NCBI GenBank assembly: GCA_040830765.1
Contig: JBFOMH010000019.1
Span: 128,001-192,000, forward strand
Direction of reading: 5' to 3'
DNA: 64,000 nt
Origin: Puniceicoccaceae bacterium
GTDB lineage: Bacteria > Verrucomicrobiota > Verrucomicrobiia > Opitutales > Oceanipulchritudinaceae
This document shows, one piece after another, positions 1 to 15,000 of this stretch; the stretch's first letter is position 1; every line of letters begins with the position of its first letter. The notes below the pieces were generated by a model, which saw nothing but the letters and a program-made list of their open reading frames with translations, did not search any database and had not been told where the DNA came from. A program made the position numbers and the translations under genes.

Positions 1-3000
1 GGGTTATCAGTGAAAGCCCTGAAAGTTATGGAATCCCCTTCAGGATCGATAGTTGCAACACCAATGGCTGGGAGATCTAAATTCAGGATCTCATCCGGTT
101 GCGCGAAGATGTGTGGGAAATCGTCAAGCTGGGGCGACTGGAGGTTATCATCAAAATGCACTTCCTCAGCATTTATTGTTTCGACCAGGGTTTGGGCATG
201 GTCGTCAAGCGGGTTCCCCCTGAGGTCTACAGACTGGAGGTTTTCCAGCCAAGGATCGGCCGGTTTAACACGAACACTATCTGCGGCGAAACTTCCGTTT
301 CCACTATTGTCCAGAGTGACCGTAAGGATACCCGAATAGATCGCGACCGTATCAAGCAGCTCCCATTTGCGCCCGTTGAAGTCATCACTGCCCGGCTCGA
401 AACCTTGATTGACAACGTGTTGCCCAAGGGGCTTTTCATCACCATCCAGTGAGACGGACCCAATGGAGTAGCGCGAATCGATACTGCGGCTCTCATGAGA
501 CGGCCATGTTACGTAAATGGAATATTCCCCGGAAGGTAGTCCTTCAAATGACCAGGTTGCCATATGCTCACCCGTCAGTTCCGCATCCGGAACTAAGCGG
601 TAGCTGCCGCCATAAGCTCCCGGATGGTCCCCGCCCGACCAGCCATCACCCGTTTCGCTGTATTCCGTGTCCCCATTGTCGGCGATGAATTGTCCGATCA
701 AAACATCCACCTCGCTGACACGATTGTCCTGTAAATTTAGAACTTCCAGCTTGTCCAATCCAGCCAATGCAGAAATGTCGATGATTCCGTTTCCACGAGC
801 ACTCAGGGTGACCAGTTGCTCGAGCTCGCCTATTGATGATAGACCAGCTTCAAGGAGACTAATCTGGTGAAGCTCCCCTAGATCCGGCACATACAGGCGC
901 CCAGTGGAGGAGATATCAAAATACCAATTTGCATACGTCTCCTGCGCACTTGTGGAGGTGACATGAACAACTGGACCTTGGTCCGCAACCAAACCGTCTT
1001 CAGAATCGACTGTCCCCTGACGGAACACAACCCCACCACTGTCCAGGACATTCAGGAAGTACATTGAACCGTCCGGCCCAAAGTTCAGGTCATAAATAAA
1101 GTTCGCCGTTTCAGAAAATACCTCAGCGCTGGCGTTGTTCGCCAATGACTTGCCAGGTCCGGGGAACCGTATCACGCGGAGATCATTTCCTTGGGCTGCA
1201 TACAAATTGCCGTCGGGACCGAACACCAATCCAGTAAATCCGGATGCTCCCCCGCTCAACAGTGTCCCGTCAATGCTCAATTGGTTGAGAATAGTTCCGG
1301 AGAATGGAGAAATGACAAAAACCCGGGGATTCGAACCGTCGGAGGCATAGATCGAACCATCCGGTCCGACTGCTAGATCCCTGAGGAACACACCCTCAAC
1401 AGAACTGAATACCGATCCATTCGGGTCTTCATTTGGCCCGGGAAGCGGCTCACTCGTTATTCCATCGAACCTGTAGATTTTGTTTAAGTGCGTTTCCCCA
1501 TCAAACGATGTGCTGATGAAGTAAACCTTTCCATCCGCTCCAAAAACGGGTGGCGTACCAATAAAGTAATCCCCAATTGGCAATTCCGCGAAGTTGTTAA
1601 AGACCCCTGTTCCTTCGTCATAGACCAGAATCTGGGCGTTTCCAGTCGGTAACCTGTGAAGCACGAAAAGTCTGCCATCCGGGCTAATCGCAGAGCTGAT
1701 AACTTCATTCAACAAACCATCATCAAATACCTTCTTAGCAAACACGCCATTGTCATCCAGGCTCAGCCATTCGAGTGCCCGTAGATTCCTCAACACGTCG
1801 ATATTGGTCAGGAGGTTCGAGTCGACACTAAGCATTTTCAGCTCTGACAATTCCTCCAGTGCATCAATCGTTCGGATTTGATTGAAGTCCAAGACAAGGG
1901 TGTTCAACGAACGAGTATATTCCAATCCCGAGAGATTCCTTATATAGCGCTCCTGGGTTAGCTTGAAACCGCTGGCGACAAGATGTTTGAAACCGATCAG
2001 ATCGCTCACATGTATCGGTGACCGGAACACTGGCAACCCGTCCCAACCTTCCGTCACCGGAAGTCCCAGTTCGGTCGCTATGGCTGCCCGCAGATTGCGG
2101 TCCGGAATATCCACCTCAGGATCGCGTTCCCGGATCGCACTGTCGATGATGGACTCTCCAGCAAGCGGTTGAACCGTCAGTTCCTCACCATTGATGGCAT
2201 CGTTCGCCCGATCCCGGATTTCAACCGGTTCACCAACAAAAACATCCAGTCCGCTTTCCCCGAACAAACGGTCCCGATTCTCATTTCCGTCCAGTATATC
2301 CTCACCTTCCCCGCCATAGATGACATCATTGTCAAACCGAGTCGGGGGCACTTCTCCCCGCTTGGGAGCTTCGATGGAAAAGGTGATCTCTACCTCGTCG
2401 GCGGGCGGCAAGTAATCCTCTGCAAATCCCTCGCGGAGGACGAGTTCGGTCATGGAACCATTGGTTCTCCATAGCTCTAATCCGTTGATTCCATCATTGG
2501 CCTTGAAATATGTCCACCCGTTTAGCGGGGTAAACTCAAAGTCATACCCATCCCATGCCACACTGCCGCTGCCAAAGGAGATGCCCCCAAAGGAGCCAAG
2601 GGGAGAGACAAGCTCGGTAATATCTCCATCCGTACGCCAAATTTCTTCACCGAACCGGGGGATATCAAAACCTGCATCGACATCATACAGGTCGCTGTCC
2701 GCTCCAAAGTAGAGCCACCCGTTAGACTCAGTGAATCCCCAGGGAGTATTCAGTTGCCAGGGAATGTTGGTCTCTGGATTGAGAGCAAAAACCCGCTCTA
2801 TTCCATCAGCTGTCGTCCGGTGGATATGGTTATCAAGATCCTGGCCCCGGAAATACAGTTGGTTATTGAACAAGGCAAAATCGTCGGGATTGTAAATGTA
2901 GGCTCCTTGTATCTGGACAGCTTCGAGAGTGATGTTCTCCGGATCAGATATTTGACCAACAGTGTGCCACAAAACATAGTCACCCTCATTGTCATCGTAT

Positions 3001-6000
3001 ACCCGCATGTAAATACGATCCGCGTTCCCATCATTGAAAATAAAGTATTCATCGATATCAATTAACTCGAGGGGCTTGGTGGTAGACAAGGGGCGCGTTT
3101 CGATACCGTCTGTGCGCCACAGGGGAAGACTCCCGTTCCCGTCTTCAGCCAAAAAGTAAAGGACGCCATCAAACTCCATGAATTTCGTTGGGAAAGAGCC
3201 TCCTGCAGGATTAATATCAAGAAAGGGATCAACGGGAGCAGTAAGTCCATCCGTACGCCAGAGTTCCCTGCCGGATTCGCCATCGTCAGCAGTGAAATAA
3301 AGGAATCCATTATACGGGTGAAGATTTAGTGGACCGCTGAGCAAGCCAAAGCCAATGTTAATGTCAGTGAATGGCTGTGTTGGCACAGAACTGCCATCGA
3401 TCCGCCAAAGTTGAGGTCCGTTCATGCCGTCGTCGGCGGTGAAGAACAAGAATCCATTGAATTCGGTGAACCGTCGAGGTGTTGAACTATCAAGCCCCTG
3501 GTTGATGTCGGCATACAATTCAGTGATTTCTCCATTGGTTCTCCACAGCTCGTTCCCGCTACTGTAACTGCTCGCTGAGAAATACAGCCAGCCATCGAAC
3601 AGTACGAATCCCGACGGGTTCGAGTCGGCGACACCCGGATTAATGTCACGGACTAATTCTGTTACCGACCCATTTGTACGCCAAAGCTCGCGACCATTTC
3701 TGCCATCCTCCGCCGAGAAATAGAGCCATCCATTGAACTCAAAAAGGTCCAGTGGTTCTGATGGAGCGGGACCAGGGTTTATCCCGCCGCTGATGATTTC
3801 AGGTTCTGCACGAAAAACCCGCAGGAAATAGTGTCCGGCTTCCAGCCCTGCCAGGCTTATCTCTGCCTGGGAGGCGGCAATCAAGTCCCCGGTATCCGAA
3901 TAGAGATCGGCCAGAAGTCCCGGCCGGGACGAAATATCTGCCGACAATCCAGTTTTCGAAAAAGCACTAATCCCCCTGGCCTCATGATACGGTAGTGCTA
4001 TGATGTCGCCAGACCCTCCCCCGAATTCGATTTCGAATACTATCCGTGTCCTTCCACCTTCTATGAAGGAACGGATGTGTTCAGTTGGCACTTCAAACAA
4101 CGTCGGCCCGCCGCGAATCGTATAATCTCCAAGATGCGTGCGGGATGATTGCACATCGAGAGAGGCTGTACCATCGCCTTCAACTGCAAGAGCGTAGAGC
4201 TCAATCTGACTTGTAGCCACCCCTGCCACGATGAATTGAAACGATTGCGCGAATTCAATCACCAGATTAATTGTACCTATTCTACTCTCCTCGCCGTCTG
4301 AGAAATACGGCAGTAGCGGTGACAGATCAAATTCGAAACGAGTCGCACCGCGGCCTGCCTCATTTGAAATTCCATTGAAGGATATGCTGTTCGCGGGGTC
4401 GTGGGCCGGACTAATCGAAATTCTGTCTTGAGCGCCTCCGTCTCCTAAAGTCGTGAATTGGTACCAACCCTCTGATTGATTCTCTGTCAGAATCCCCTTG
4501 GGCAAGGGCCTGCTATCTTCTATCAGGAATTCGCCACTCCCGGAGACGGAAAGATTGGATAGCGTATCCGCTGGAGGCGTACTTTCAAATCCCTTCAAGC
4601 GCTCTCCAGGAAGCAAATAGATGGCCCCGGCGTTTATTACCTCGCTTGAATCATATCCAGCCGCCCCAATTAGCAGATCATCGATTCCATCGCCGTCAAC
4701 ATCACCAACCGGTGCAAGCGGCATCGTGCCAAATAGCGGAGCATAAGATGTGCCCCTCAGGATGGGTTCTTGTAATGATAGGGTGTGGATCCCCTGAGAG
4801 GTTGTCTCATCAAGATGGAAAATGTAAACACTGCCATTCGAGTCACTTACAGATTGGTCCGGGCCAACATATATTCTATTCCGAGGCTCTCCAATGGCCA
4901 AGTCGATGTATCCATCGGCATTGAAGTCGCCTGCAGATACGCTAAGAGCGCCCTTTGGCAAGCCTCCCTGTTCCCAGCCGATCCGGATACCTTGAACAGG
5001 ATAACTGCTTAAGAACGGATCCCCAGGGTATTGGGGATCAGCCCTCAAATCCTGCGCCCCATAGATGATAAACGCACCGCCGATGAAGCCGTCTTCGTAT
5101 ACGAAGTGGTTCAAGTCATGCTGATGAGCAACCGCGAAATCATCGTAACCGTCCTTGTTTATGTCACCCAATCCGTAGATTCGCGGCTCTATGAAAGGAG
5201 TACTAAACAATTCACTTTGCCAGACCTCAACCCCGGATGTATTGGGATTCAGTTCCAGCAAGTTGCCAGATTCCCCCTCTGCATTGCCGTAAACCAGGTA
5301 GCCACGATTAATTGCGGAATCTATAAAGAAGACATCCTCAAGGCCATCCCCATTAACGTCCCCAACATTACTCGATGACAAGGATGAAGAGCCATATTGG
5401 CGATAGATCGAGTCGCCCGAAATCCTTGCAAGCAGATTTCCCGGGTCGTTAAGGATATATTCTGTGAATTCGAATGTTCCGATTCTCGATACTTCATCTC
5501 CCGAAAATACGATGGCAGCAGTTTCTGTGATCGAGAAGTCATCAAATCGAACCAGGGGTTGACCATCGGGATCCGGCTCATTGTTCGGACCTGTTCTAAA
5601 GTAATAATCAGCCAAAAGGCTGATTGTTGATGCCTGACTTGTCGCAAGGAATGTTGCCTCAAAGTACCCACTGTGGAAGCCTACAACTTCTAAATTCCCC
5701 GTTACAGCAACTGTCCATGGCTGAAGAGGATTCAAATTTTCCACATAACCCGTTATTGTATAGACCCTACCAGGTATTGTATCAAACTGTTGGTAGAAAC
5801 CACCCCAGTTGTTATTCAGTTGGGTTCTTGCAAGCCCATAACCCTCCGAGTATTCAGCATCCCCCTGCAAAAACCATCCACCTCCGTCTGGAAGGAAACC
5901 ACCATTTTCAAGCCGTTCGACAGCACGTTGATAAGTAAGCAGCAGATCTTCGTCCGAATCACCATTCCAGTTCACAGCTTGGATGCTTACTTCCTCGGGA

Positions 6001-9000
6001 GCAGTAACATTCTGAATTTGATAGATCCTATCATCCGGCAAATCCAAAATTGTTAGAGCTGACAGGTCACGGGGCCATGCGGATCCATCACCCCGGATAA
6101 TCGTAATAACGCCAATATCTTTGGAGTATGCATTAAGAAAAATGAGGTCGTCTATTCCGTCACCATCAACATCTCCCATGTGCTCGGAAGGGACGCCGAT
6201 ACTGCCAATATCAACAATAATGTCCGCAGTGTCTGCTATTGCAGGTGAATTTTGCGATTCCAATGGGCCAAAGAGGATATAGGCAAATTGTTCGCTTTGG
6301 TCTCTTGCATTGGGGTCCTCCCTAAACATGAAGTCGTCGTAGGAATCCCCGTTGATATCGCCGATGTTATAAGATATCGTCAAACTTCCACGAGCAGTTC
6401 CACCTTCCGCGAAGGGGAGATTGTCTTCGTTACCGGCCAGAATGTTCAATGGAGTGGCAGGACTAAATTCAATGAATTCAGGATCTCCGTCCCCTCCACC
6501 TGCAAGGTCGGTTCCAAAAACCCCCGAATCGAAGTTAAAGGAAATGCTGTATGTCCCCATCGCCGGTTCTAGCAGCCTGTTAGTCTGCCCGGATGTGAAA
6601 CCAAATTCAGGGTTAACCTGTCCTGCTTCGTCGATGGGCATCACAACCACCTCTTCGAAGGCAGCGACAGCATCATAATAATCGATTTCTGTCTGGAGCA
6701 GTAAAAAAGTAACCTCTCCCTCTGCGACAAATGAACCATAGAATTTCCCAGAACTATGATCCCAATCGATCACGGACTTACCTGTTGAAAAATCCGGATT
6801 TGCAAAGTCGAATTCTGTAGTCTGGGCAACCCGATGAAGCGCAGAAATTGTCCAAACCTCTGCAAATACTGCATAAGTTCGACCAGGAATCGTCTCCAGT
6901 CTCTGGACAATTGTCCCTCGTTCGGGATTTCGCGTACTAAAGGCCCCATCGGAACGTACATATGCAGTCCCGAGATCAATTGAGGATTTCTCATTACCCA
7001 ACCATGGGGATGACGGTTCCTCGGTTATTGGGAGGGAAATGAGCGTGGAGCTCACCGGTTGTTCAGCGGGGCTACCATCAGCAAAAAATGAACCTTCCCG
7101 GACAATATTGCCGGAACCCATGCTTATTCGCAGGCGACTCCCGTCCAAAGGGAATAGACCAATTTTATTTCCATACCGATAGGCAAAAACATCTTTATAA
7201 TCACCAATAGTAATGGAGAAGTCGTCCCTCCAATCCGTATCCTGCAAACTGGCATTAAGAAGATCAATGCGCCCATCAATGGTTGTGGTGCTGAAGTTAA
7301 AAGCATTTGGATCGATGAGGACCGGCCGGCTTTCCTCAACCCTTATATCACCACCCCCTTCAGTCAGGAAAAGCACGAGTCGTTCATTAATCTCACCATC
7401 GATTTGGATTTCAGCCCCAGTCAACCCGAAGGTGGCCACATTTCTTACCCGCACAAGGAAGTATTCAGGGGATGCGACAGTATCCGTGGATAATTGAACA
7501 ATTCCGTCCTGATAGGTGGCAGCATAGACGTCAATGAGCAAATTGGCAATTTCCTCCTGTTCAAAGATTCCCTGTTCAGCAGCTCCTTTAAAGACAACTG
7601 TAATTGCACCCTGAACTCCCGCCTTAGCCGCCTGAAGACTCATTTGCTCAAGGTGAGGGGGTGTCCTTATGAGATACCAGTCAGCTCCATCCCCAGCGTT
7701 AAAGGTAGCATAAATCGGGGAGTCGGCGGTGAAGTCTTCAAGTTTGGCAGCAAATTCAAGTTCATCATTTGAACCGATGACGCCGTTCCGCAGAACCCAT
7801 TCATAGGGGTCTTCCTGTTGACTGTTTCCTGATACCAAATCATCGCCCGGTCCGCCAAACAACTCATCGCTACCCTCACCCCCTGCGATATAGTCATTTC
7901 CATCACCTCCGTCAATGAAGTCGTCTTCCGCCCCACCGAAGAGGAGATCGTTTCCGTCGCCACCGAGGATCGTAAGCGCTGCGATGGTCGCGCCTTGAGG
8001 CCGGGCCTGCGGGGCAATCCCCCATTCGCTGCCATTGAGAATGTAACCCGGGTTGCCGTGGACAACATCATCCCCGGCCCGAGTGTCGATGACCGTGCTT
8101 TCAATATTGACGGCTTGATAAAATGCATAGTGCTGAGCATATTGCTCTCCGCCCCCGAATGCTGGTTCGGTCACGAATCTATGGTTCGCCAAATCCCACA
8201 AGAGGGCGGTCAGTTCGTAACGATGCAGTACCGTGTTATAGCGAATCGCAACATGGTCGGGAACGGGTTGGCCAAAGCGATCATAATCACCACCAAGGAA
8301 AAGAACCTGATCCTCCCCATCACCGCCATCCAGTCGGTCGACCAGCGTTGGAACGAAAGTTCCACCAGTAGGGTTCAACCCGCGACCCGCACTTTCAACC
8401 AAGGGGAGCTGGTCTAGAATGATTTGAAAGATATCATCGCCGCTCCCACCCCATAGGATATCGCTGGCTTGGTTGTCATACCCTCCCGACAACACGTCAT
8501 TCCCGTCGCCCCCGAAAATCCAGTCTTCGTAGGCACCTCCAATGAGCACATCGTTCCCGTTGCCGCCCAGAAGTACATCTTGCCGGACAACCTGAAGCGA
8601 TGGGGCTAGATCCTGAATCTCAAAGGCTGAAAGGTCCTCAGTATCAATTCCACTTCTCCCGATACTTGTGAGCAGTTCATAGCGTCCGGGGTTACCGCTA
8701 ACGAGCAAGTAATAGCGCCCCGGATCCAGATTCGACAAATTGAGTTCGCTGCCTGTCCCAACTGAGGGTATGGCTTCCTGGAACTCATTGAAGAGGGCCA
8801 AGGTCAATCCGGAATCGTTCAAATCCACCAACTTGACCAATTGGTCGGGCAGACGCTGGGCCTGGATGCCCTGTTCCGGGATATCAAACCAGAACCAATC
8901 CGCATCCTGCTCGGCACTGTCATGAAGATTTAATCCTGCAATTCGCTCTTTGAATTCAATATCTGCAATTTCATGGGCACTGGAGAACTCATTATTGGAT

Positions 9001-12000
9001 GCACTCAGGTCCACGGCGTCCGGTGTGGCAATCAGATCGAACAGGATTTCATAGCGTGTGGGTGTCCTGTTCGATGTAACCTGCAGCAGGTACTCCCCTT
9101 CAGGGTTGATAATCGGTGTGCCCTCCTGGTACAGGTCAATGCGTCCATCACTGGTCGATTCCCCTCCGGTGACCGCCGTCCAGTCAGTACCAGTCCATTC
9201 GAATAGTTTGAAGTGGATTTGATCCGTTATTGAAAGGCTGTTGATAACGATAGCATCCCCAGGATTCAGTACAATGCCGTCTGCGATGCTGAACAGGTAA
9301 TTGTCTTTATCATCGGGATTATCAATCGTGAGTCCACTGAAGGCAGTACTCCCTTTAATCCCGTCAGACAGTTCATAGGCAGTCGTCAACTGGATAGTTG
9401 TGCCACCGGTACTAACGGCCACAAATGGTTCGTCGTTTCGAAGTTCAAGGCGCGTTTCATCAGGGAGTTCAAATACTTGTTTCTCAGTCTTATCGATAAG
9501 GATCGGCGTACCTGAATTGATCAGGATCACGTCATCCCCATCGCCTCCGTCAACCCAGACTGTCTTGGTGACCGTTGGCCCGACAACCACTTCATCATTT
9601 CCATCCAATGCATCGATCAGGATGGCCAGAAAATCAGCTTCGGGAGGAAGCAAACTGTTGACCAGGTCCCGGGCCTCCCGACGGTCAGCTTCCGACTTCC
9701 TTGATTCTGAATCGGCGGCAGCCAGGGCTATTCCGCGTGTTTCGGCATCACTACTTTCGATGCCGGAGAATCCAAACAAGGTATCATATTGATCCCAGAT
9801 CCTGTTGCCGTCGGCGTCGGTGGCGAAAAAGCTCAACTGTACTTCAGCATCGAAAGTGAAGTTTCCGTTGTTCTCCGTCAGCCGCGTGATCAAGTGGTGT
9901 TCCCCGATAAGGCCGGGTTCGGTGACATAATCCACCCGAATCACATCAGGGAGATTAGTACCACTGTAGTACCAGACCTGATCCGTGGACTTGGCATAGA
10001 GCTTCCACTCATCGCCCCTTTCATTGAACTGGCTTTCGACATTTTCGAAAGCGACCCCATCACGGGTGTAGAGGGTGTCATCCCCTCCATTGCCGTACAT
10101 AAAGTCCAGACCAGTCCCGCCGTAAAGTTTGTCATTCCCCTTACCGCCCAGCATTCTATTCAATCCCGTGTCTTCAAGCACAGGTTTTCCGGATTGTTCA
10201 TCGATCAGGATTTCTCCCGTTTGCTCATCGACAAGAAAGATTCCAAACGGTTCGGTATGCGGATTCCTGCTCCATGCGTACAGTTCATTGGTACCACTGC
10301 CACCGATCAGGTCGTCATTGCCCGGACCCGCGTAAAGGATATCATGGTCATCGGATGCGGTGGTCTCACCGCCCCATAATCGGTCATTGCCGGCCAGGCC
10401 ATACAAGGTGTCGCTCCCCTCTCCTCCATCAATCCGGTCCCGGCCTGAGGTGCCCGTCAGCGTGTCATCTCCCGACCCGCCGTCGATGACCCCGATGAAA
10501 TCCTTAACATTGGCCCCGCGGTTGGCGAGCTGGCCAATATCAAGAGGATGAAAATCTCCGGGTTCATCAACGAACTCAATGATGTCATCGCCACTGAGCC
10601 CGGCGATCCGGAATTGCTCAACCAAAGGATTACCGCTGCTGTCCTTCCATTCAGCAATTACCTCAAGGGAGAATAACGATGCCTCCCCGGATGCGGAAAT
10701 CCCAGAGTCTGGAGCTGTGCTGGATTCCGCCTTAACGACGGTCAGAATCTGTACTACCAAGCGATTATCATCCTGGGAGACTTGACCGATCCGAATGGTA
10801 TCGTCGTACGCCGTTCCTCTAATTTGCAGGATATCGGTGGCGTTATCATCCGGGACATCGTTCTCGGAGGCGTTTCCAAAGTGTCCATCAAAGGTTCCCC
10901 CTTCACTTGTATAATCGAACTCGGTATCCAGGACCAGTATATCGATCCAGGCCCCGCCGTACAAGTTATCCAGGCCATTCTGTCCCTCCAGCCAATCGGA
11001 ATCCGCACCACCCCAGAGCGTATCATTGCCGCCACCTCCATAGAGTTGGTCCTCTCCTGTACCGCCAAACAGCCTGTCATCCCCACCGGAAATACTGGCA
11101 TCCCTGTTCCGCTCATAAACGGGTCCAGCCAAGTAATCCCCATGGATATAGTCATTACCGCCTCCACCATCGATAACGTCCTGGCGAAGGTTGCCGTAAA
11201 GCCAGTCTCCGTCCGAACCACCGAAGAGTTGTTCCCCTTCCAGAAGTATTTCCCGGGCTGGATCGATACTTGCCGCCCATGCATAAAGATAGTCGATCCC
11301 GCTTCCCCCGAACAACCGCTGTCCCCGGGTAGCTCCGGTAGTCTCGTCACCAGCGTCCCCATACAGGAAGTCAGCCCCAGGGTCACCAATGAGTTGGTCT
11401 ATCCCCGCATCCCCGTGCAGTATGTCACTGTTCAGACCGCCACGAATGATGTCGTCTCCACCTCCGCCTGAAATCTCGTCATTTCCGGCACCGCCATCGA
11501 TATAGTCGTCCCCCTCTCCTCCAAACAATGTATCAACACTGCCACCACCGAAGATCCAATCCGTACCGGTACCACCATCTATGGAGTCCTGACCATCCAT
11601 AAAGTAACCGCCCAAGGATACCTGCAGGACTGCCACTGGCATGATCAACGGGGCATCGTAACCGGTGGGGAAACGGGCCTCTGCTTCCAGGGACTCTCTT
11701 GGTAGTTCAAAGGCTATCGATTCCGGAGTGCTCTCGAAGTCTTCCCGTTGCAAATCGGCAAATCCGCCCCAAATGACATCCGACCCAATGCCACCGCTCA
11801 ACCGGTCATCGCCAATCTCACCGGCCAGGAAATCGTCTCCGGTCTCACCCAGGACAAGGTCGTCTCCGGAACCTGCAAAGACAGAATCCCTGCCAGAGCC
11901 GGCCACAATCGTGTCGTCTCCCCGGCCAGCCAAAACTAAATCGTCTCCCTGCAAGGCATACACCATGTCATCTCCAAACCCGGCAAATATCATGTCATCA

Positions 12001-15000
12001 CCGGAGTCGCCAAAGATGGTGTCACTATGCTCTGTCGGCATACCTCCCGGGTCGGCACTGTTTTCAAGGTCACCGTATATAGTGTTCCCGGTATCAACCC
12101 CCGAGCCCTTGCCATCATTACCGGCATATATCGTGTCAGCTCCGGCACCACCGATAATCCGATCACTGCCGGCCCCAACAGAAGCCACCGCATATTGACC
12201 AATATCAACACCGCCAAAAATCCGATCATTCCCGGCCCCGCCATAAATGATGTCATTTCCCCGGCCACCCCAGATGATGTCATCTCCACCGTTGACTTCG
12301 TCATCCGGCTCATCCCCCCAGATTGTATCAAAATCCCGACCTCCAAACAGGTAGTCGTTACCCAACCCGCCAATTAGTTGGTCATTGTTCTCATCACCCT
12401 GCAAGTCGTCATCTCCAGGCCCACCGTCAAGGCGGTCATTGCCCCGGTTGCCTATCAGGATGTCATTGCCAGCACCACCCAGTAAATCATCATTGCCCAA
12501 AGAGCCGACCAGGGAATCGTCACCATCCCCTCCATCAAGCCAATCATCGCCAAAGCCACCCTCAAGGCGGTCTATTCCGGCAAGGCCCCGCAACGTATCG
12601 TTGCCTGCCCCACCCTCAAGATTATCATTTCCGGGCCCGCCAATAAGGAGGTCATTCCCACCGTTCCCTGACAGGTCATCGTTTCCGCCTCCACCGTCGA
12701 GATAATCGGCTGCAATCCCGCCAAGGAGGACATCAACTCCTTCGTCCCCATAAAGCGAGGCATTGCCTCCCCCGGCTGTCAATTGGTCATTCCCCGGTCC
12801 CCCATGGAGCACCACGGGAATGACAACTCCCGGATCGATGTAAATGGAATCATTCCCCTGGCCTGCCCGGGCAACGATTCTCGAAACCCCGGAATAGGAC
12901 TGTTCAACACCAAACGCCCTGACAATGACGGAATCCGGTGTCGCGCCGGGAAGCACGCGGAAATTCTCATCACCATCTTTGGCGTCGACCACAGCATTTC
13001 CAGCACCACCCGGTTTGCGTCGAGCGGCTGATTCCCCTATGTGAAGTGTTAGGACACCTTCATTGTTTGAAGCTAGGACCGGAGTTGTGTTTGGTCGCGG
13101 GATATTCCAGTTAATGATTGTCGCGGAGTAACGGAGGGACTCTTCATAAATCGTTATGAACTTGATGAAGGTTTCGTACCCAATCTTGAGATAGGCAAAG
13201 ACATCGAAGGTAATGGCACCAGAAACGTCAAATATCCAGAGTGGACCAACGGCCAGATTACGTTCCAGCTCGGACCAGCGAACACGTCCGTCTCCATCTG
13301 GATCGTTCAAGTTGAGATCGATATTCGAAAAGATGCCGCCTCCCACGCCGGCAGCCGCAACGAATATGTTTACTTCAGCCGTAGCGGCAAAGCCTGCAGT
13401 TAGGCCGAATTCAGGCCGATCCTTTCCATTCTCGTCCAAATCACCAATATAAAGACCATCGAGAATGTCCGCTGGATCACTGGCCCCGTTCTCGATATAG
13501 GTTCGTATGCCCTTGGTATCAAATCCGAAGGAAAGATCCGCAAAAGCCCCAACGTGGGCAGTCATTCTCAGGAAAACCGGCCACGGCGGGAATATGGGAA
13601 TCCACGGTTGTAGTTCCCAGGGGAAATTGATGGCAAATTTAGGCAAGTCGAGGACAACAAGATCAACGTTCTTGCCCATCAACAATTGAAAGGCCAGTGC
13701 CGGCGTCTCGAATAGCGGAAATAGGAATTTCAATGATTCACTCTTTTCCAGGTCTTTCCCTGCTCCCTTGCCCAGTAACTCGTTTAACTTTGAACCGCCA
13801 GACTTGGCATTTTCGGGATTCAACTTGCCGGACATTTGCCCATCGAGTGCATGGTTTCCATCAATCGTGAAGTCCGGTGAACTTGGATCTGAATCACCCA
13901 TTTTAATCCATCCATCACGTTCACTGGAGGCGGAAAGGCTGTCAGCCAATTCCGCCAATTCAACAACTGACCGGATGAAATTGATGGTTCCCTCGTATTC
14001 CGTATCTTCACCAAAAATACTGGCGATATCCAGAATACTGAGTCGCAGACCAAGCTGATCGAGCGCCGGTAGCGGATTGGTAAGAAACTTCAAGGGTTCC
14101 CTGACAGGATCCAGAAAGGCATCGATATCCTCCAGAAGGGGTCCGAAAAGATCGTTGAAAAATGACCCAGCATTGATGGCCACATTATTAAACTCGATGA
14201 TGGGCACACTGCCGGGCAAGCGACCGTTTTCATCCCCCTCGAAGTCCCAGTAGACGCTGAGGTCGGTGCGCAGCGAAGGGAAACGCGGGTTTCCTGCGAA
14301 ACTGGTCAGCAGGTGGAGTTCAATCTCAGCTTCCACGCTGAGATCGGCAGAAAACAGTTGGCCATTTGAATTAGCCAGTTCGGATAAATACAATCGCCCG
14401 TCGCCGTCCCCTCCATCCTTCAGGTCAATATTAATATGGCCAGATACCTCAGTACCGTTGTCCGCTACATCCAACTCCAGGAACAAAAGTGTTCCTCTCG
14501 CTGACAAGTCCGGCAGGGCAGCCTCAAGCTGTATGGACAGTTCATTCGTCCGATTTGTCCCAAAGTAAAATCCCTTGTTTTTATTGATCCCGAAGGTCAG
14601 GAAGAACTCGAAGGCCAGCTCCAATTGGACAGATCCATCAATGTCGAGGCCCAGTCCCGGCAAACCAAGGTCGACATTAATCGGAGTGTCATTCGGATCG
14701 ATAATTTCCAATGACTTCCCGAGCAACAGGTTGAATTCCAGATTTTCGGCGTTAGTATTTTCGGCCACCACTAGGATATCGTCGAGATCGACATCAAAGT
14801 CACCATCACTGTCCTTGAGCAGATTCAGGTTATCCGGACCGAGGGCCTCGAGTAGGCGTTCTTTAAGTTGGTCTCTAGTACCAGGCTCTCCGAGACCTTT
14901 CATTGCCGATCGAAGGTCAGATAAGAATGGCGAGGCCTCCTTCAGTTGGTCACCGATCAACGGAATCTCAATGCCGAAAATTTCACGATCAACAGCATCC

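Larger units (their letters stand above)
205..2110 (-). repeat. Gene B: internalin-like leucine-rich repeat region, split into three segments
   Basis: N-cap IPDRNLRAAIATELG (~2110); LNTLVLDFNQIRTIDAL, LKMLSVDSNLLTNIDVL, LEWLSLDDN (~1930-1755); LVTLSARGNGIIDISAL, LEVLNLQDNRV (~850-720); LQSVDLRGNPL (~245-205). Confidence 0.85.
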
